Shown here one piece after another: positions 10,446 to 20,399 of a stretch of 64,000 bases of DNA (the first letter of the stretch is position 1; each line of letters opens with the position of its first letter). Below the pieces are notes generated by a model. The model had not been told where the DNA came from. It made no database searches and was given only the letters and a program-made list of their open reading frames with translations. Position numbers and translations under genes: made by a program. Source of the stretch: a virus. The stretch lies in IMG/VR virus record IMGVR_UViG_3300027734_000038. One strand, 5' to 3'.

Positions 10446-11539
10446 TGGCAATCTCAAAAATAACTGCCAACTCTTTAGATAATGGTGGAGGTTCAGTTGC
10501 CACCAATACTGCGGTTGGCCAAGGAACTTTAAACTCAAATAGTTCTGGGGGTTTTAATACAGCAATGGGTTATCAAGCTGCATATAATACCACAGGTTCA
10601 AACAATACTGCAATTGGTTATCAATCACTCGTTTCAAATACCACCGCAGGAGGTAGCACTGCTGTAGGATACAGAGCACTATATTCTGCAAATAGAACTG
10701 ATGATGTAAATGGATATAACACGGCGGTTGGATACACCGCTGGGTATTCTCAAGCTACGGGACAGTTCAATGTATTTATTGGTAGAGATTGCGGGTATTC
10801 TGCAACTGGCTCTGAAAACACTTTTGTTGGGCATACATCAGGTTACTACACAACTGGAAGCTCCAACACTTTTATTGGAAAACAAGCAGGTTATCTAGTA
10901 ACAACAGGTTATAACCAAGTATTTCTTGGGAGTTTTAGTGGAAACCAAAATACATTAGATATGCGGACAGCAAGCAATACTATTGTATTGTCTGATGGTG
11001 GTGGGGTTCCAAGAGCGTGGTATCAATCCGCCAACTTTATTATTTCTCCAGTTTCTCCAACAGGTATTCAATATACTGCTGACAATGCACAATTTTATCC
11101 TTATCCAGATAACACAGCTAAATTAGGTTATCCATCATATCGATGGACTGTTGTGTATGCTGTATCAGGAACAATTAATACTTCTGATGCCAATCAAAAA
11201 CAGCAAATTCGTAGTCTTGACGAAAAAGAAAAAGCAGTGGCTACACGCATTAAAGGTTTAATTAAAGCGTTTAAATGGAATGATTCAGTTGCTGAAAAAG
11301 GCGATGGTGCTCGTATCCACGTTGGTGTAATTGCACAAGATGTTCAATCTGCGTTTATTGCAGAAGGTTTAGACCCCAGCCATTATGGTATGTTCTGTTC
11401 TGATACTTGGTATGAAGTTGATGGTAAAGCTGGAAAAGCATCCGATCCACACACAGCCGACACAGAAGGTGCGGTTGAAGTTACGCAACTTGGTGTTCGT
11501 TATGACCAACTTTTAGCTTTTGTGATATCGGCTCTATAA
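10445..11539 (+). CDS. tail fibre (YadA-head-like NTAVG repeats) with S74-like chaperone
   Basis: NTA(V/I/M)G repeats; TSDANQKQ, HVGVIAQ, GVRYDQL. Confidence 0.8.
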   Translation: MAISKITANSLDNGGGSVATNTAVGQGTLNSNSSGGFNTAMGYQAAYNTTGSNNTAIGYQSLVSNTTAGGSTAVGYRALYSANRTDDVNGYNTAVGYTAGYSQATGQFNVFIGRDCGYSATGSENTFVGHTSGYYTTGSSNTFIGKQAGYLVTTGYNQVFLGSFSGNQNTLDMRTASNTIVLSDGGGVPRAWYQSANFIISPVSPTGIQYTADNAQFYPYPDNTAKLGYPSYRWTVVYAVSGTINTSDANQKQQIRSLDEKEKAVATRIKGLIKAFKWNDSVAEKGDGARIHVGVIAQDVQSAFIAEGLDPSHYGMFCSDTWYEVDGKAGKASDPHTADTEGAVEVTQLGVRYDQLLAFVISAL

Positions 11540-11548
11540 GGATAATTA

Positions 11549-12550
11549 ATGTCATACATTGGAAATAGTCCTACACAATCAGCATTTGTCACCGATTTAT
11601 TTAACGGTACCGGTAGCACGACTGCATTTACCATGTCGGTCTCACCAGCTAATCCTGCCTCCATACTTGTTTCTGTATCTGGTGTTCTACAATCTCCTGA
11701 TACATATTCTATTTCAGGACAAACACTCAACTTCTCAGCGGCACCACCAAGTGCCACAGGAAATATTTCTGTAAGATATTTGGGAATACCTGCATCAGGT
11801 GTTACCACTACCGCATACAGAACACTTACCGAATTTACTGCAACGGCTGGTCAAACCACATTTACTCCACCAAGTTACACAGTAGGTTTTATATCAGTAT
11901 ACAGAAACGGTGTCATGTTGGGTTCAGCAGACTTTACTGCGACAAACGGAACTTCTGTGGTGTTGGCAAGCGGTGCAACTGCTGGTGATTTAGTTGTTAC
12001 AGAATCATTCTATGTTAGCTCAGTATTAAATGCAATACCAAATACAGCAAATGCAGTTAATAACTTATTGATTTCTGATGGTGCTATTAGTCAAACTAAA
12101 GTTGCAACTGGTGTGGCAGGAACAGGACCAGCATTTAGTGCTTATAATTCTGTTAATCAAACAAGTATTTCTAATGCTACATGGACTAAAGTAACATTAG
12201 ATACAGAAGAATTTGATACAAATAGTAATTTTGCTTCTAGTCGTTTTACTCCAACTGTTGCTGGTTATTATCAAATTAATGGTGAATTAGACACATATGG
12301 AACAAGTTTAAATTATTCATTAATTGCTATATACAAAAATGGTTCAATTTATAAACGTGGAAGTGGTTTAGGTAATTACACAACCTATGAATTTTATACA
12401 AGCATTTCGTCTATCGTTTATTTAAATGGTACAACCGATTATGTGGAACTATACGGATATTTAAATTCATCTTCTGCTGGAAGTAATATTTTTTATTCGG
12501 GTAATACACAAACTGGTTATTTCAATGGCGCACTAGTGAGGGCCGCATAA
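11549..12550 (+). CDS. multi-domain fibre/adaptor with C-terminal type-B (C1q-like) tip
   Basis: MSYIGN; FNG..AFTM domain; FTATAGQTTF domain; PAFSAY...RFTPTVAGYY...DYVELY. Confidence 0.75.
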   Translation: MSYIGNSPTQSAFVTDLFNGTGSTTAFTMSVSPANPASILVSVSGVLQSPDTYSISGQTLNFSAAPPSATGNISVRYLGIPASGVTTTAYRTLTEFTATAGQTTFTPPSYTVGFISVYRNGVMLGSADFTATNGTSVVLASGATAGDLVVTESFYVSSVLNAIPNTANAVNNLLISDGAISQTKVATGVAGTGPAFSAYNSVNQTSISNATWTKVTLDTEEFDTNSNFASSRFTPTVAGYYQINGELDTYGTSLNYSLIAIYKNGSIYKRGSGLGNYTTYEFYTSISSIVYLNGTTDYVELYGYLNSSSAGSNIFYSGNTQTGYFNGALVRAA

Positions 12551-13500
12551 TGACACAAGCCGCAATACTAGCTTCTTCAGCATCCTCTGGTGTTTCTACT
12601 GGATACAAAAATAGAGTTATCAATGGTGGCATGGTTATTAACCAAAGAGGCACAACATCAGGTGTAACTTCAGGTTACTTTGTTGACCGTTGGCAATTAA
12701 GTGGTTGTAGCACATCAAGTGTTTTAACTTCTAGTCTACCTACAGGATTTAGTAAAGGTATTAGTATTACTGCCACTTCAGGTAATCCAATTGCTATTCA
12801 TAAAATTGAAGCGGCAAATTGTTCTGATTTAAGTGGTCAAAGTGTTACGCTTAGTTTCTATGCACAGAATATTTCAAATGCCACCACATTATACGCATCA
12901 TTGGCATATGCAACTGCATCAGATAATTTTGGTGGCACAACAACCATTTCAGAACAAAATTTAGGAACACTAACGGGTTCATGGGTTAGATATACATACA
13001 CATGGAATAATTTACCAAGTGGTGTGCTTAACGGACTGTCAATCAATATTCTTTGTGGTGGTTCTGGAACATTCACCATGGGCATTACTGGTGTCCAGCT
13101 GGAAGTTGGAACCACGACAACAAATTTTGAATACCGTGATTACGGAAATGAATTGAGAATGTGCCAAAGGTATGCACAAAGATTTGGCGGTGATGTTGCT
13201 TATTCGGCAATAGGATTTGGCTTTGGTGATTCAGCTAATGGATGGGTAGATGCACAAGTCACACCACCAACAGTGATGAGAACTGTTCCTTCAGTAACAT
13301 CAAGTGGAAGTTTTAGAGTAGTACCACCTGATAATACAAGTGGTTTAGCTGTTACTGGAATTTCAATAAATGGTAGCACAGCAAATTCAAAACTATTTTA
13401 TATAATTTGCACGGCATCAAGCATTACTGGTTTTAGAGGTTATGTTTTAAGGGCGGACAATTCAACTTCTGCTTATATTCTTTTTTCTGCGGAGTTATAA
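12550..13500 (+). CDS. fibre tip type C (CBM-like jelly-roll)
   Basis: KNRVING...DRW...VTLSF...ITGVQLEVG...CQRY...SAEL; paralog of 17222 and 20399. Confidence 0.7.
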   Translation: MTQAAILASSASSGVSTGYKNRVINGGMVINQRGTTSGVTSGYFVDRWQLSGCSTSSVLTSSLPTGFSKGISITATSGNPIAIHKIEAANCSDLSGQSVTLSFYAQNISNATTLYASLAYATASDNFGGTTTISEQNLGTLTGSWVRYTYTWNNLPSGVLNGLSINILCGGSGTFTMGITGVQLEVGTTTTNFEYRDYGNELRMCQRYAQRFGGDVAYSAIGFGFGDSANGWVDAQVTPPTVMRTVPSVTSSGSFRVVPPDNTSGLAVTGISINGSTANSKLFYIICTASSITGFRGYVLRADNSTSAYILFSAEL

Positions 13501-13662
13501 ATGTATAAATTAGGACAAACAAGCCCATTAACTAATGAACCAATTTGCATATATAAAACTGATAGCAATTTATCTATTCCATTATGTGCCGACAACACAG
13601 ACTACCAAGCCTACCTTGCATGGGTAGCAGAAGGCAATACTCCTTTACCAGCGGACGAATAA
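13501..13662 (+). CDS. type-C tip partner, 53 aa (not in ORF track)
   Basis: ...IPLCADNTDYQAYLAWVAEGNTPLPADE*; paralog of 18324 and 21484. Confidence 0.75.
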   Translation: MYKLGQTSPLTNEPICIYKTDSNLSIPLCADNTDYQAYLAWVAEGNTPLPADE

Positions 13663-13666
13663 ATAA

Positions 13667-13873
13667 ATGGCACTCACAAAAATACCAGCAACAATGGTGG
13701 GTAATTCCACCGCAAATACTGCTATGTCAGTTGGTGTTCCAATTATTGAGAACACACAGACTGTTTCATATCCGTATACAATCAGCGCCAACAATTCAGC
13801 AATCTCTGTTGGTCCAATAACACTTTCAGCCAATGTAACAATTGGTTCTGGAAGTAGATGGGTAATCGTATGA
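13667..13873 (+). CDS. minimal adaptor protein (MALTKI plug + SVGPIT domain)
   Basis: Ends SAISVGPITLSANVTIGSGSRWVIV, like 3419, 16069 and 18958. Confidence 0.7.
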   Translation: MALTKIPATMVGNSTANTAMSVGVPIIENTQTVSYPYTISANNSAISVGPITLSANVTIGSGSRWVIV

Positions 13874-14409
13874 CAGCATTAGTAATTCTTGGAGATACAA
13901 GTGGTTCAGTAACCTTGGCGGCACCAGCGGCTGCAGGTTCAACTACTCTAACTTTGCCTACACAAACCGGCACGGTTGGTCTAAGTGGTCCTGCATTTTT
14001 GGCTTATGGTACTGCTTTGACTAGTTGTGCTAGTGGTGCTTCCGTTAAGGTTAATTTAGCAGCAAAAGATTTTGATACAACAAGTTCATTTAATACCTCA
14101 ACATCTCGCTGGACTCCACTTGTTGCTGGGTATTATCTATTAACTGCTTCTATGTATTTTCCAAGTGCGGCATCTGGTAAAAACGGAGAATTATTTTTTC
14201 TAAAAAATGCAGCAACAAGCATAACCAACGGATTAATGAGCACTTATAACGGACAAGGTATGATTTTATGTGCATCAACAATTTGTTATCTTAATGGTTC
14301 TACTGATTATGTTGAATGTTATGTATATCAAGATTCTGGTAGCACTTTAAATATGGGTTCCAATTCTTATGGTTATAACTTTAACGGTTGTTTTTTAAGA
14401 GGTGCATAA
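13870..14409 (+). CDS. fibre tip type B (C1q-like)
   Basis: ATGA overlap with upstream stop; GSVTLAAP N-terminus; PAFLAY...RWTPLVAGYY...DYVECY. Confidence 0.7.
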   Translation: MTALVILGDTSGSVTLAAPAAAGSTTLTLPTQTGTVGLSGPAFLAYGTALTSCASGASVKVNLAAKDFDTTSSFNTSTSRWTPLVAGYYLLTASMYFPSAASGKNGELFFLKNAATSITNGLMSTYNGQGMILCASTICYLNGSTDYVECYVYQDSGSTLNMGSNSYGYNFNGCFLRGA

Positions 14410-14573
14410 TGAGTTTATATGATAAAATTGTTGCACTTTATCCAGAATTAGTTGCTACTGATTTTTCTCCGTCTATGGGTTCAATCAGGTTGCAAGATGA
14501 AGGTAATGGTGTTTATATTGCCAAATGGGAACACCCAACATTACCTAAACCTACGGATGAACAGTTAGCATGA
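14409..14573 (+). CDS. XkdW-like small partner protein
   Basis: MSLYDKIVALYP...DF...LQDEGNGVYIAKW...PKPTDEQL resembles PBSX XkdW N-terminus. Confidence 0.65.
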   Translation: MSLYDKIVALYPELVATDFSPSMGSIRLQDEGNGVYIAKWEHPTLPKPTDEQLA

Positions 14574-15091
14574 CCACAACAATTAACGCAAGTACCTCTG
14601 CCGGTTTAATAATTACTCCTGATACTTCAGGTAATATTCAGTTACAATATAATGGTGTGGCTGCACCAGCATTTAGTGCTTATGTTACAGGAAATCAAAG
14701 TATTTCTTCAGGTACTTTTACAAAAATGCAATGTGGTACAGAAGAATGGGATACAGCTAGTTGTTATGATAACGCAACAAATTATAGGTTTACTCCTACT
14801 GTTGCCGGATACTATCAATTTAATGGTATGTGGGGTGCGGCTTCAGGATCACCAACAAGAGTTATTATAGCCTTGTATAAAAATGGTAGTGTTGCTAGAT
14901 ATGGATTAGATTTAGGTATAAGTTCTGCAGGATTCAATAATGGAGCAGGAGATGTGGTTAGTTCCATGTTATATCTAAATGGCACAACCGATTATGTTGA
15001 ACTTTATGCATATGCCGCAGGTGGTGCAACAATCCAAGGCGGAAATAGTGCATCTGGTTATTTTCAAGGTTACTTAGCAAGAGCTGTTTAA
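14570..15091 (+). CDS. fibre tip type B (C1q-like)
   Basis: PAFSAY...RFTPTVAGYYQ...YLNGTTDYVELY. Confidence 0.7.
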   Translation: MTTTINASTSAGLIITPDTSGNIQLQYNGVAAPAFSAYVTGNQSISSGTFTKMQCGTEEWDTASCYDNATNYRFTPTVAGYYQFNGMWGAASGSPTRVIIALYKNGSVARYGLDLGISSAGFNNGAGDVVSSMLYLNGTTDYVELYAYAAGGATIQGGNSASGYFQGYLARAV

Positions 15092-15109
15092 TATTTAAAA
15101 GGAAACAAA

Positions 15110-15292
15110 ATGAAAACTTTATACGAAAAAATTCTATCAATCTATCCAGAACTAACTGATGCTGATTTTATGCCAGGTCGTGGCACAATTATGCTTCAGA
15201 ATGATTCTGACGGCCGTGGTGATTACATCAGAGAATGGAATCATGCAACATTGGCAGAACCAACAGAAGAACAATTAGCGAGCGCTGAATAA
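15110..15292 (+). CDS. XkdW-like small partner protein
   Basis: LYEKILSIYP...LQNDSDGRGDYIREWN...PTEEQL. Confidence 0.65.
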   Translation: MKTLYEKILSIYPELTDADFMPGRGTIMLQNDSDGRGDYIREWNHATLAEPTEEQLASAE

Positions 15293-15738
15293 TGTCTATT
15301 GTATTGAACGGTACTAATAATCAAATTACTGGAGTACCGGGATTGGTATTGCAAGTGGTTAGTTCTACTTTTACTTCTTCGTTTTCTTCTTCATCGGGAA
15401 GTTTTGTTTCTATAGGATTAACCGCATCTATTACACCAACAAGTTCTTCAAGTAAAATTTTGATATTAATAGATTCGTTTGTTCGTAGTGATGCTGCAAA
15501 TTTTGTTGATGCAACAATTTATAAAAATTCCACTAATTTAGGTGGAGCATATGGTTTAAAAAATGCTTATGTAAACGCAGCATTTGTTATGCCAATTCCG
15601 TTTACTTATTATGATTCACCAGCAACAACTTCTTCAACTTCTTATACATTGTATATGCGGACTGAAAATGCCGCCACTTTTTACTTAGAAGCTGCTGGTA
15701 GAGTTTCAACAATCACACTTATGGAAATAGCAGCTTAA
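15292..15738 (+). CDS. fibre tip type A
   Basis: LVLQVVS...ITPTSSSSKILI...YDSPATTS...ITLMEIAA. Confidence 0.7.
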   Translation: MSIVLNGTNNQITGVPGLVLQVVSSTFTSSFSSSSGSFVSIGLTASITPTSSSSKILILIDSFVRSDAANFVDATIYKNSTNLGGAYGLKNAYVNAAFVMPIPFTYYDSPATTSSTSYTLYMRTENAATFYLEAAGRVSTITLMEIAA

Positions 15739-15758
15739 TTTAACAAAAAGGAAACAAA

Positions 15759-16055
15759 ATGAGAATCTCTAAAATTGATGCAATCTTATCTCTATCACCT
15801 GGTGCTGAAGTAGTAGTGCGTGGTGAAGAAGTAGAATGGATTAATCCTTCTACTGCACCTGTAACTGAAGCACAAATTGCTGCTGAGTTGGTAAGACTCC
15901 AAGCAGCCTACGAAGCAAAACAATATCAGCGTGACCGTGCTGGTGAATATCCAGCAATTGGTGACCAATTGGATGCTTTGTTCCATGCAGGAGTATTCCC
16001 TGAAGCCATGGCAGAAATCATTCAGGCCGTCAAAGATAAATACCCTAAATCATAA
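15759..16055 (+). CDS. type-A tip partner protein
   Basis: YQRDRAGEYPAIGDQLDALFH; paralog of 4934. Confidence 0.65.
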   Translation: MRISKIDAILSLSPGAEVVVRGEEVEWINPSTAPVTEAQIAAELVRLQAAYEAKQYQRDRAGEYPAIGDQLDALFHAGVFPEAMAEIIQAVKDKYPKS

Positions 16056-16068
16056 TTTAGGATAATCA

Positions 16069-16692
16069 ATGCAATATCAAAGTTTCGTTGCTGGGTCAGG
16101 AATATCAGGTGCTACCGGTCCAACCGGTGCTACTGGTGTCATTGCACCGTGGACAAGAATCTCCGCAAATACAAGTGCTTCGGCTAATACACAGTATCTA
16201 GCCAACACAGCAACTGGTGCCTTCACTCTAACATTACCAGGTACACCATCAGTTGGTGTTATGGTAGTGATTGCTGATGATTATAACTTTGGTGCAAACA
16301 ATCTTTTTGTTGCAAGAAATGGTTCTACTATTCAAGGCATTGCTGATGACTTAGGTATTAACATCAGCAACTCATTGACAACATTGATTTATGATGGTAC
16401 TACTTGGAGAGTTTCTACAAATGCTGGACCACAAGGTGCAACTGGTGCCACAGGTCCTACAGGAACTTCTGGTACCAACGGTGCCACAGGTGCTACCGGT
16501 TTAGGTGCTACTGGTGCTACTGGTGCCAGTTTGTTTGCTGATTCCAATAATGTTATTTTTTTAAATAATACGTTGATTACTTCTAACACAACATTGCAAC
16601 CAGGTCGTGGTGCATTTTCTGTTGGACCAATCTCTGTTAATACAGGTGTTCAACTTATTGTTTCATCTAACACAAGGTATGTGGTACTATGA
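16069..16692 (+). CDS. collagen-like adaptor (gp34-like domain + SVGPI domain)
   Basis: [11 protein letters not shown]-terminus; FTLTLPGTP domain; ends FSVGPISV...RYVVL. Confidence 0.7.
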   Translation: MQYQSFVAGSGISGATGPTGATGVIAPWTRISANTSASANTQYLANTATGAFTLTLPGTPSVGVMVVIADDYNFGANNLFVARNGSTIQGIADDLGINISNSLTTLIYDGTTWRVSTNAGPQGATGATGPTGTSGTNGATGATGLGATGATGASLFADSNNVIFLNNTLITSNTTLQPGRGAFSVGPISVNTGVQLIVSSNTRYVVL

Positions 16693-17222
16693 GTAATATT
16701 ATTCTAGGCTCAGGACCTTCAGGTTCAGGTTCATTAACCTTACAAGCACCGAATACAAATAGTAATCAGACAGTTAATTTTCCTGATGCTTCTGGCATAC
16801 CCATGGTTAGTGGTAATATGCCAGCGTTTTATGCTTATCAAAATTCAGCACAATCAATTCCAAATGTAACTTGGACTAAAGTATTGTTTCAAGTAGAAGA
16901 ATTTGATACTAATAGTAATTTTGCTTCAAGCCGTTTTACTCCTACTGTTGCTGGTTATTACCAACTTACTTCTCAATTGCAATATACAACTATTGCTGGT
17001 GGAAGAAATATGTTTGTAATATATAAAAATGGTGCTGAGTATAGACACCTACAGGATATGCAAACAAGTTACACTATTGGATTAATGGGAACTTCATTAG
17101 TTTATGCAAATGGTTCATCAGACTATTTTGAAATTTATATTTATACGTCAACTGGTGCATACACATTAGATAATAATTCAGCAATAACATATTTTAGCGG
17201 TTGTTTAGTGAGGGCTGCATAA
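16689..17222 (+). CDS. fibre tip type B (C1q-like)
   Basis: GSLTLQAP N-terminus; MPAFYAY...RFTPTVAGYY. Confidence 0.7.
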   Translation: MSNIILGSGPSGSGSLTLQAPNTNSNQTVNFPDASGIPMVSGNMPAFYAYQNSAQSIPNVTWTKVLFQVEEFDTNSNFASSRFTPTVAGYYQLTSQLQYTTIAGGRNMFVIYKNGAEYRHLQDMQTSYTIGLMGTSLVYANGSSDYFEIYIYTSTGAYTLDNNSAITYFSGCLVRAA

Positions 17223-18322
17223 TGCCATACGGTTCAATCTCAGTAGACCAAATTAATAACACCACAGGATATTCTCTTGGTGCTGGTAACGCTTCTATTA
17301 TGAAGAATCGCATTATCAATGGTGCGATGGTTATTGACCAAAGAAATGCTGGTGCTAGTGTTACGCCAGCAAATAACACTTACACTTTAGACCGATGGAA
17401 TACTTATCAAAGCACTTCTTCTGCTTATAGTGTTCAACAAAATGCTGGTTCTGTAACACCACCATTAGGGTTTACAAACTATCTTGGCGTAACTTCTTTA
17501 GCAGCAACTTCATTATCTGCTGGAAGTTATTTTATGCTTACTCAAATTATTGAAGGATTTAATGTTGCTGATTTAGGTTGGGGAAGTGCTAACGCCAAAA
17601 CTATAACATTATCTTTTTGGGTGCGTAGTTCTTTAACTGGAACATTTGGCGGATCTTTACAAAATGGTGGAACAAGAAGCTACCCATTTACTTACACAAT
17701 TTCTGCCGCAAATACTTGGGAACAAAAATCAATTACTGTTGCAGGTGATACAAGTGGAACTTGGGCAACAGATAATACTGCTGGCATTAAATTACGAATT
17801 GGTCTTGGTGTTGGCACAACCGCAAGCACAACTGCTGGCGCATGGGCAACCGGCGATTACTATTCAGCAACAGGTGCCACTTCAATAGTAGGAACAAACG
17901 GTGCCACATTCTATATTACTGGAGTTCAGTTGGAAGTTGGAAGTGTGGCCACAGGTTATGAATATGAAAATATTGCTCAAACTTATTCAAAATGCCAACG
18001 CTATTACACAGTTTTGTTATCAGGCAACGATAAGAGTTTATGCCTTGCAACTTGGTATAACACTTCAGAATGGGATGCAGTAGTATTTTTTCCAACGATG
18101 CGGTCAGCACCTACAGCATCATCAACAACAGTATCTTCTGGATATTATTTTGATAAATTAGGTGGCAATATTACTTTTGACAATATTAGTGGTGTTTTTG
18201 GTGCTGGCTTAAATGTTGCACAACCATACAAAGTGGCATTAAGTGGCGGTGTTGCTGGTTATTGCGGAAGCATTAGAACTTTAAATGCTTCTTGTTTTAT
18301 TGCTTTAAGTGCGGAGTTATAA
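17222..18322 (+). CDS. fibre tip type C (CBM-like)
   Basis: KNRIINGAM...ITGVQLEVG...CQRYY...LSAEL; TAATG overlap fixes the start. Confidence 0.7.
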   Translation: MPYGSISVDQINNTTGYSLGAGNASIMKNRIINGAMVIDQRNAGASVTPANNTYTLDRWNTYQSTSSAYSVQQNAGSVTPPLGFTNYLGVTSLAATSLSAGSYFMLTQIIEGFNVADLGWGSANAKTITLSFWVRSSLTGTFGGSLQNGGTRSYPFTYTISAANTWEQKSITVAGDTSGTWATDNTAGIKLRIGLGVGTTASTTAGAWATGDYYSATGATSIVGTNGATFYITGVQLEVGSVATGYEYENIAQTYSKCQRYYTVLLSGNDKSLCLATWYNTSEWDAVVFFPTMRSAPTASSTTVSSGYYFDKLGGNITFDNISGVFGAGLNVAQPYKVALSGGVAGYCGSIRTLNASCFIALSAEL

Positions 18323-18323
18323 A

Positions 18324-18491
18324 ATGACCTATCAATTATCAAATTTTCGTGGCAAATTAGCTTGCATTGTAAAAACTGATGGTAACATGAAACATTTTAT
18401 TCCTTTATCGAAAGATAACACCGATTACCAAGAATATCTAAAATGGGTTGCAGAAGGTAACACACCAGAACCAGCAGAAGGCACAGAATGA
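18324..18491 (+). CDS. type-C tip partner protein
   Basis: IPLSKDNTDYQEYLKWVAEGNTPEPA. Confidence 0.7.
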   Translation: MTYQLSNFRGKLACIVKTDGNMKHFIPLSKDNTDYQEYLKWVAEGNTPEPAEGTE

Positions 18492-18961
18492 CAACGACTA
18501 TTGACGGTAATTCAGGAGTTATATTTCCAAATAACACTACACAAGCTAGTGCTGGTCAAGTGTTGCAGGTGGTTAATGGCACTTATTCAGGCCCCTATTT
18601 TTCAACAACAAGTACCACTTTTGTATCTACTGGATTAACGGTAACTATTACACCTAAGTTTGTTACAAGTAAAATTTTATTACTTTTACAAGTTGAAGTT
18701 TATAATGATACAGCAAATAAAGGTGGTGATTTAACCATTTATAAAAATGGTGCAAATTTAGCCTCAGGTTTATTAGGAAGAATGTATCCTATTTCTGGTC
18801 AATTAGCTATTAATATTCCTATTAATTATTACGATTCGCCATCAACAACATCAGCAACAACTTATACACTTTATATTAAAACAACAAATGCTGGATATGC
18901 TTTCAATGCTTTTCAAGATGCTTTTCCATCAACAATTACTGCATTGGAAATAGCAGCATGA
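18488..18961 (+). CDS. fibre tip type A
   Basis: GQVLQVV...ITPKF.TSKIL...YDSPSTTS...ITALEIAA. Confidence 0.7.
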   Translation: MTTTIDGNSGVIFPNNTTQASAGQVLQVVNGTYSGPYFSTTSTTFVSTGLTVTITPKFVTSKILLLLQVEVYNDTANKGGDLTIYKNGANLASGLLGRMYPISGQLAINIPINYYDSPSTTSATTYTLYIKTTNAGYAFNAFQDAFPSTITALEIAA

Positions 18962-19329
18962 CAATATACTTAGGGCAAATTGCTGGTTCTGGAATATCTG
19001 GTGCAACCGGTCCTACAGGTCCAACTGGACCATCTGGTGCTACTGGTGTATTTCCAACAAGCAGTTCAGCTAACTTAGCAATCACTAATGCCAATACATC
19101 AACATCAAATACTACTGGTGCTCTGACTGTTGCAGGTGGTGTAGGTGTTACAGGTAATGTATGGGTAGATACTGTTGTTGTTACGAATGGTTTGATACTT
19201 AATTCTAACACAATAAATAGAAGTTATACAGTACCAGACAATTACAATGCTGGTTCATTTGGTCCAATCACAGTAGCAAACTCTGCGATTGTTACAGTAC
19301 CAAGTGGTTCAATTTGGACCGTGGTTTAA
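18958..19329 (+). CDS. short collagen adaptor with C-terminal GPIT domain
   Basis: [10 protein letters not shown]; TGALTVAGGVGV; ends SFGPITVANSAIVTVPSGSIWTVV. Confidence 0.7.
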   Translation: MTIYLGQIAGSGISGATGPTGPTGPSGATGVFPTSSSANLAITNANTSTSNTTGALTVAGGVGVTGNVWVDTVVVTNGLILNSNTINRSYTVPDNYNAGSFGPITVANSAIVTVPSGSIWTVV

Positions 19330-19338
19330 GGATAAAGA

Positions 19339-19848
19339 ATGACATTCAAAGTTGATGGATCAAACGGATTAACATTTCCAAATAACACTACACAAGCTAG
19401 TGCTGGCCAAGTGTTGCAAGTTGTTCAAGCAGAATATGCCACACAAGTATCTTTATCTTCTATAACATATACAGATACCGGATTATCCGCAACCATTACT
19501 CCTAAATTTGCAACAAGTAAAATTTTAGTTAATATAAGTCAAAATCTATACATATACAGAGAGTTTGCATTTCAATATGGATATCTTCAACTATTGAGAA
19601 ATGGTTCTGTTGCAAAAGATTTTAGATTAGTTATGAATCAAACTGCTGGAAATCCTGCTGGCGGAAGTTATCCTTACCACGACATGAGTGCGGTTGTTGG
19701 ATTAAGTTATTTGGATTCACCAGCAAGCACTTCTGCTTTAACATATAAAACACAACAAAAATGTGGAACAACAAGCAATGGCGGAACAATAATTGCTCAA
19801 ATTGATAGTGCTCCATCTTTCATTACACTTATGGAGATTGCAGCCTAA
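19339..19848 (+). CDS. fibre tip type A
   Basis: GQVLQVVQ...YLDSPASTS...ITLMEIAA. Confidence 0.7.
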   Translation: MTFKVDGSNGLTFPNNTTQASAGQVLQVVQAEYATQVSLSSITYTDTGLSATITPKFATSKILVNISQNLYIYREFAFQYGYLQLLRNGSVAKDFRLVMNQTAGNPAGGSYPYHDMSAVVGLSYLDSPASTSALTYKTQQKCGTTSNGGTIIAQIDSAPSFITLMEIAA

Positions 19849-20399
19849 TGCCAATTAAATTACAATCTTCTTCTGGTGGTTCAGTTACTTTAGATGTGCC
19901 GGTCACAGCAAGTAACTTTAATGTAACTGTACCTAATGCTTCTGGTACTGCTATGGTTAGCGGTAATATGCCAGCGTTTAGTGCTTATAAAACTTCCCAT
20001 CAAAGTTATTCAAATAATACTTGGACAAAAATAACTTACGACACAGAAGAATATGATACCAATAGTAATTTTGCTTCAAGCACTTTTACTCCCACAGTTG
20101 CAGGGTATTATCTGTTTACTGCAAGAAACCAATTTATTGCAGATGGAGTTGCAATGGCTGAAATAAATTCAGCGTTTTTTAAAAATGGCACTATTGCTAA
20201 AACAGGAACTTATAAGTATCAACCAGCGGCACTTACTGCACAATTTGGAAGTAACATTTCTGCTGTAATTTATTGCAACGGTACAACAGATTATGTTGAA
20301 TGTTACGGAAGAACTGACGGAAGCACTTTGTATGTTTATGGTGCAGCTGGTGCGGCGCCTTACACATACTTTCAAGGCATTTTAATGAGGGCTGCATAA
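19848..20399 (+). CDS. fibre tip type B (C1q-like)
   Basis: GSVTLDVP N-terminus; MPAFSAY...FTPTVAGYY...DYVECY. Confidence 0.7.
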   Translation: MPIKLQSSSGGSVTLDVPVTASNFNVTVPNASGTAMVSGNMPAFSAYKTSHQSYSNNTWTKITYDTEEYDTNSNFASSTFTPTVAGYYLFTARNQFIADGVAMAEINSAFFKNGTIAKTGTYKYQPAALTAQFGSNISAVIYCNGTTDYVECYGRTDGSTLYVYGAAGAAPYTYFQGILMRAA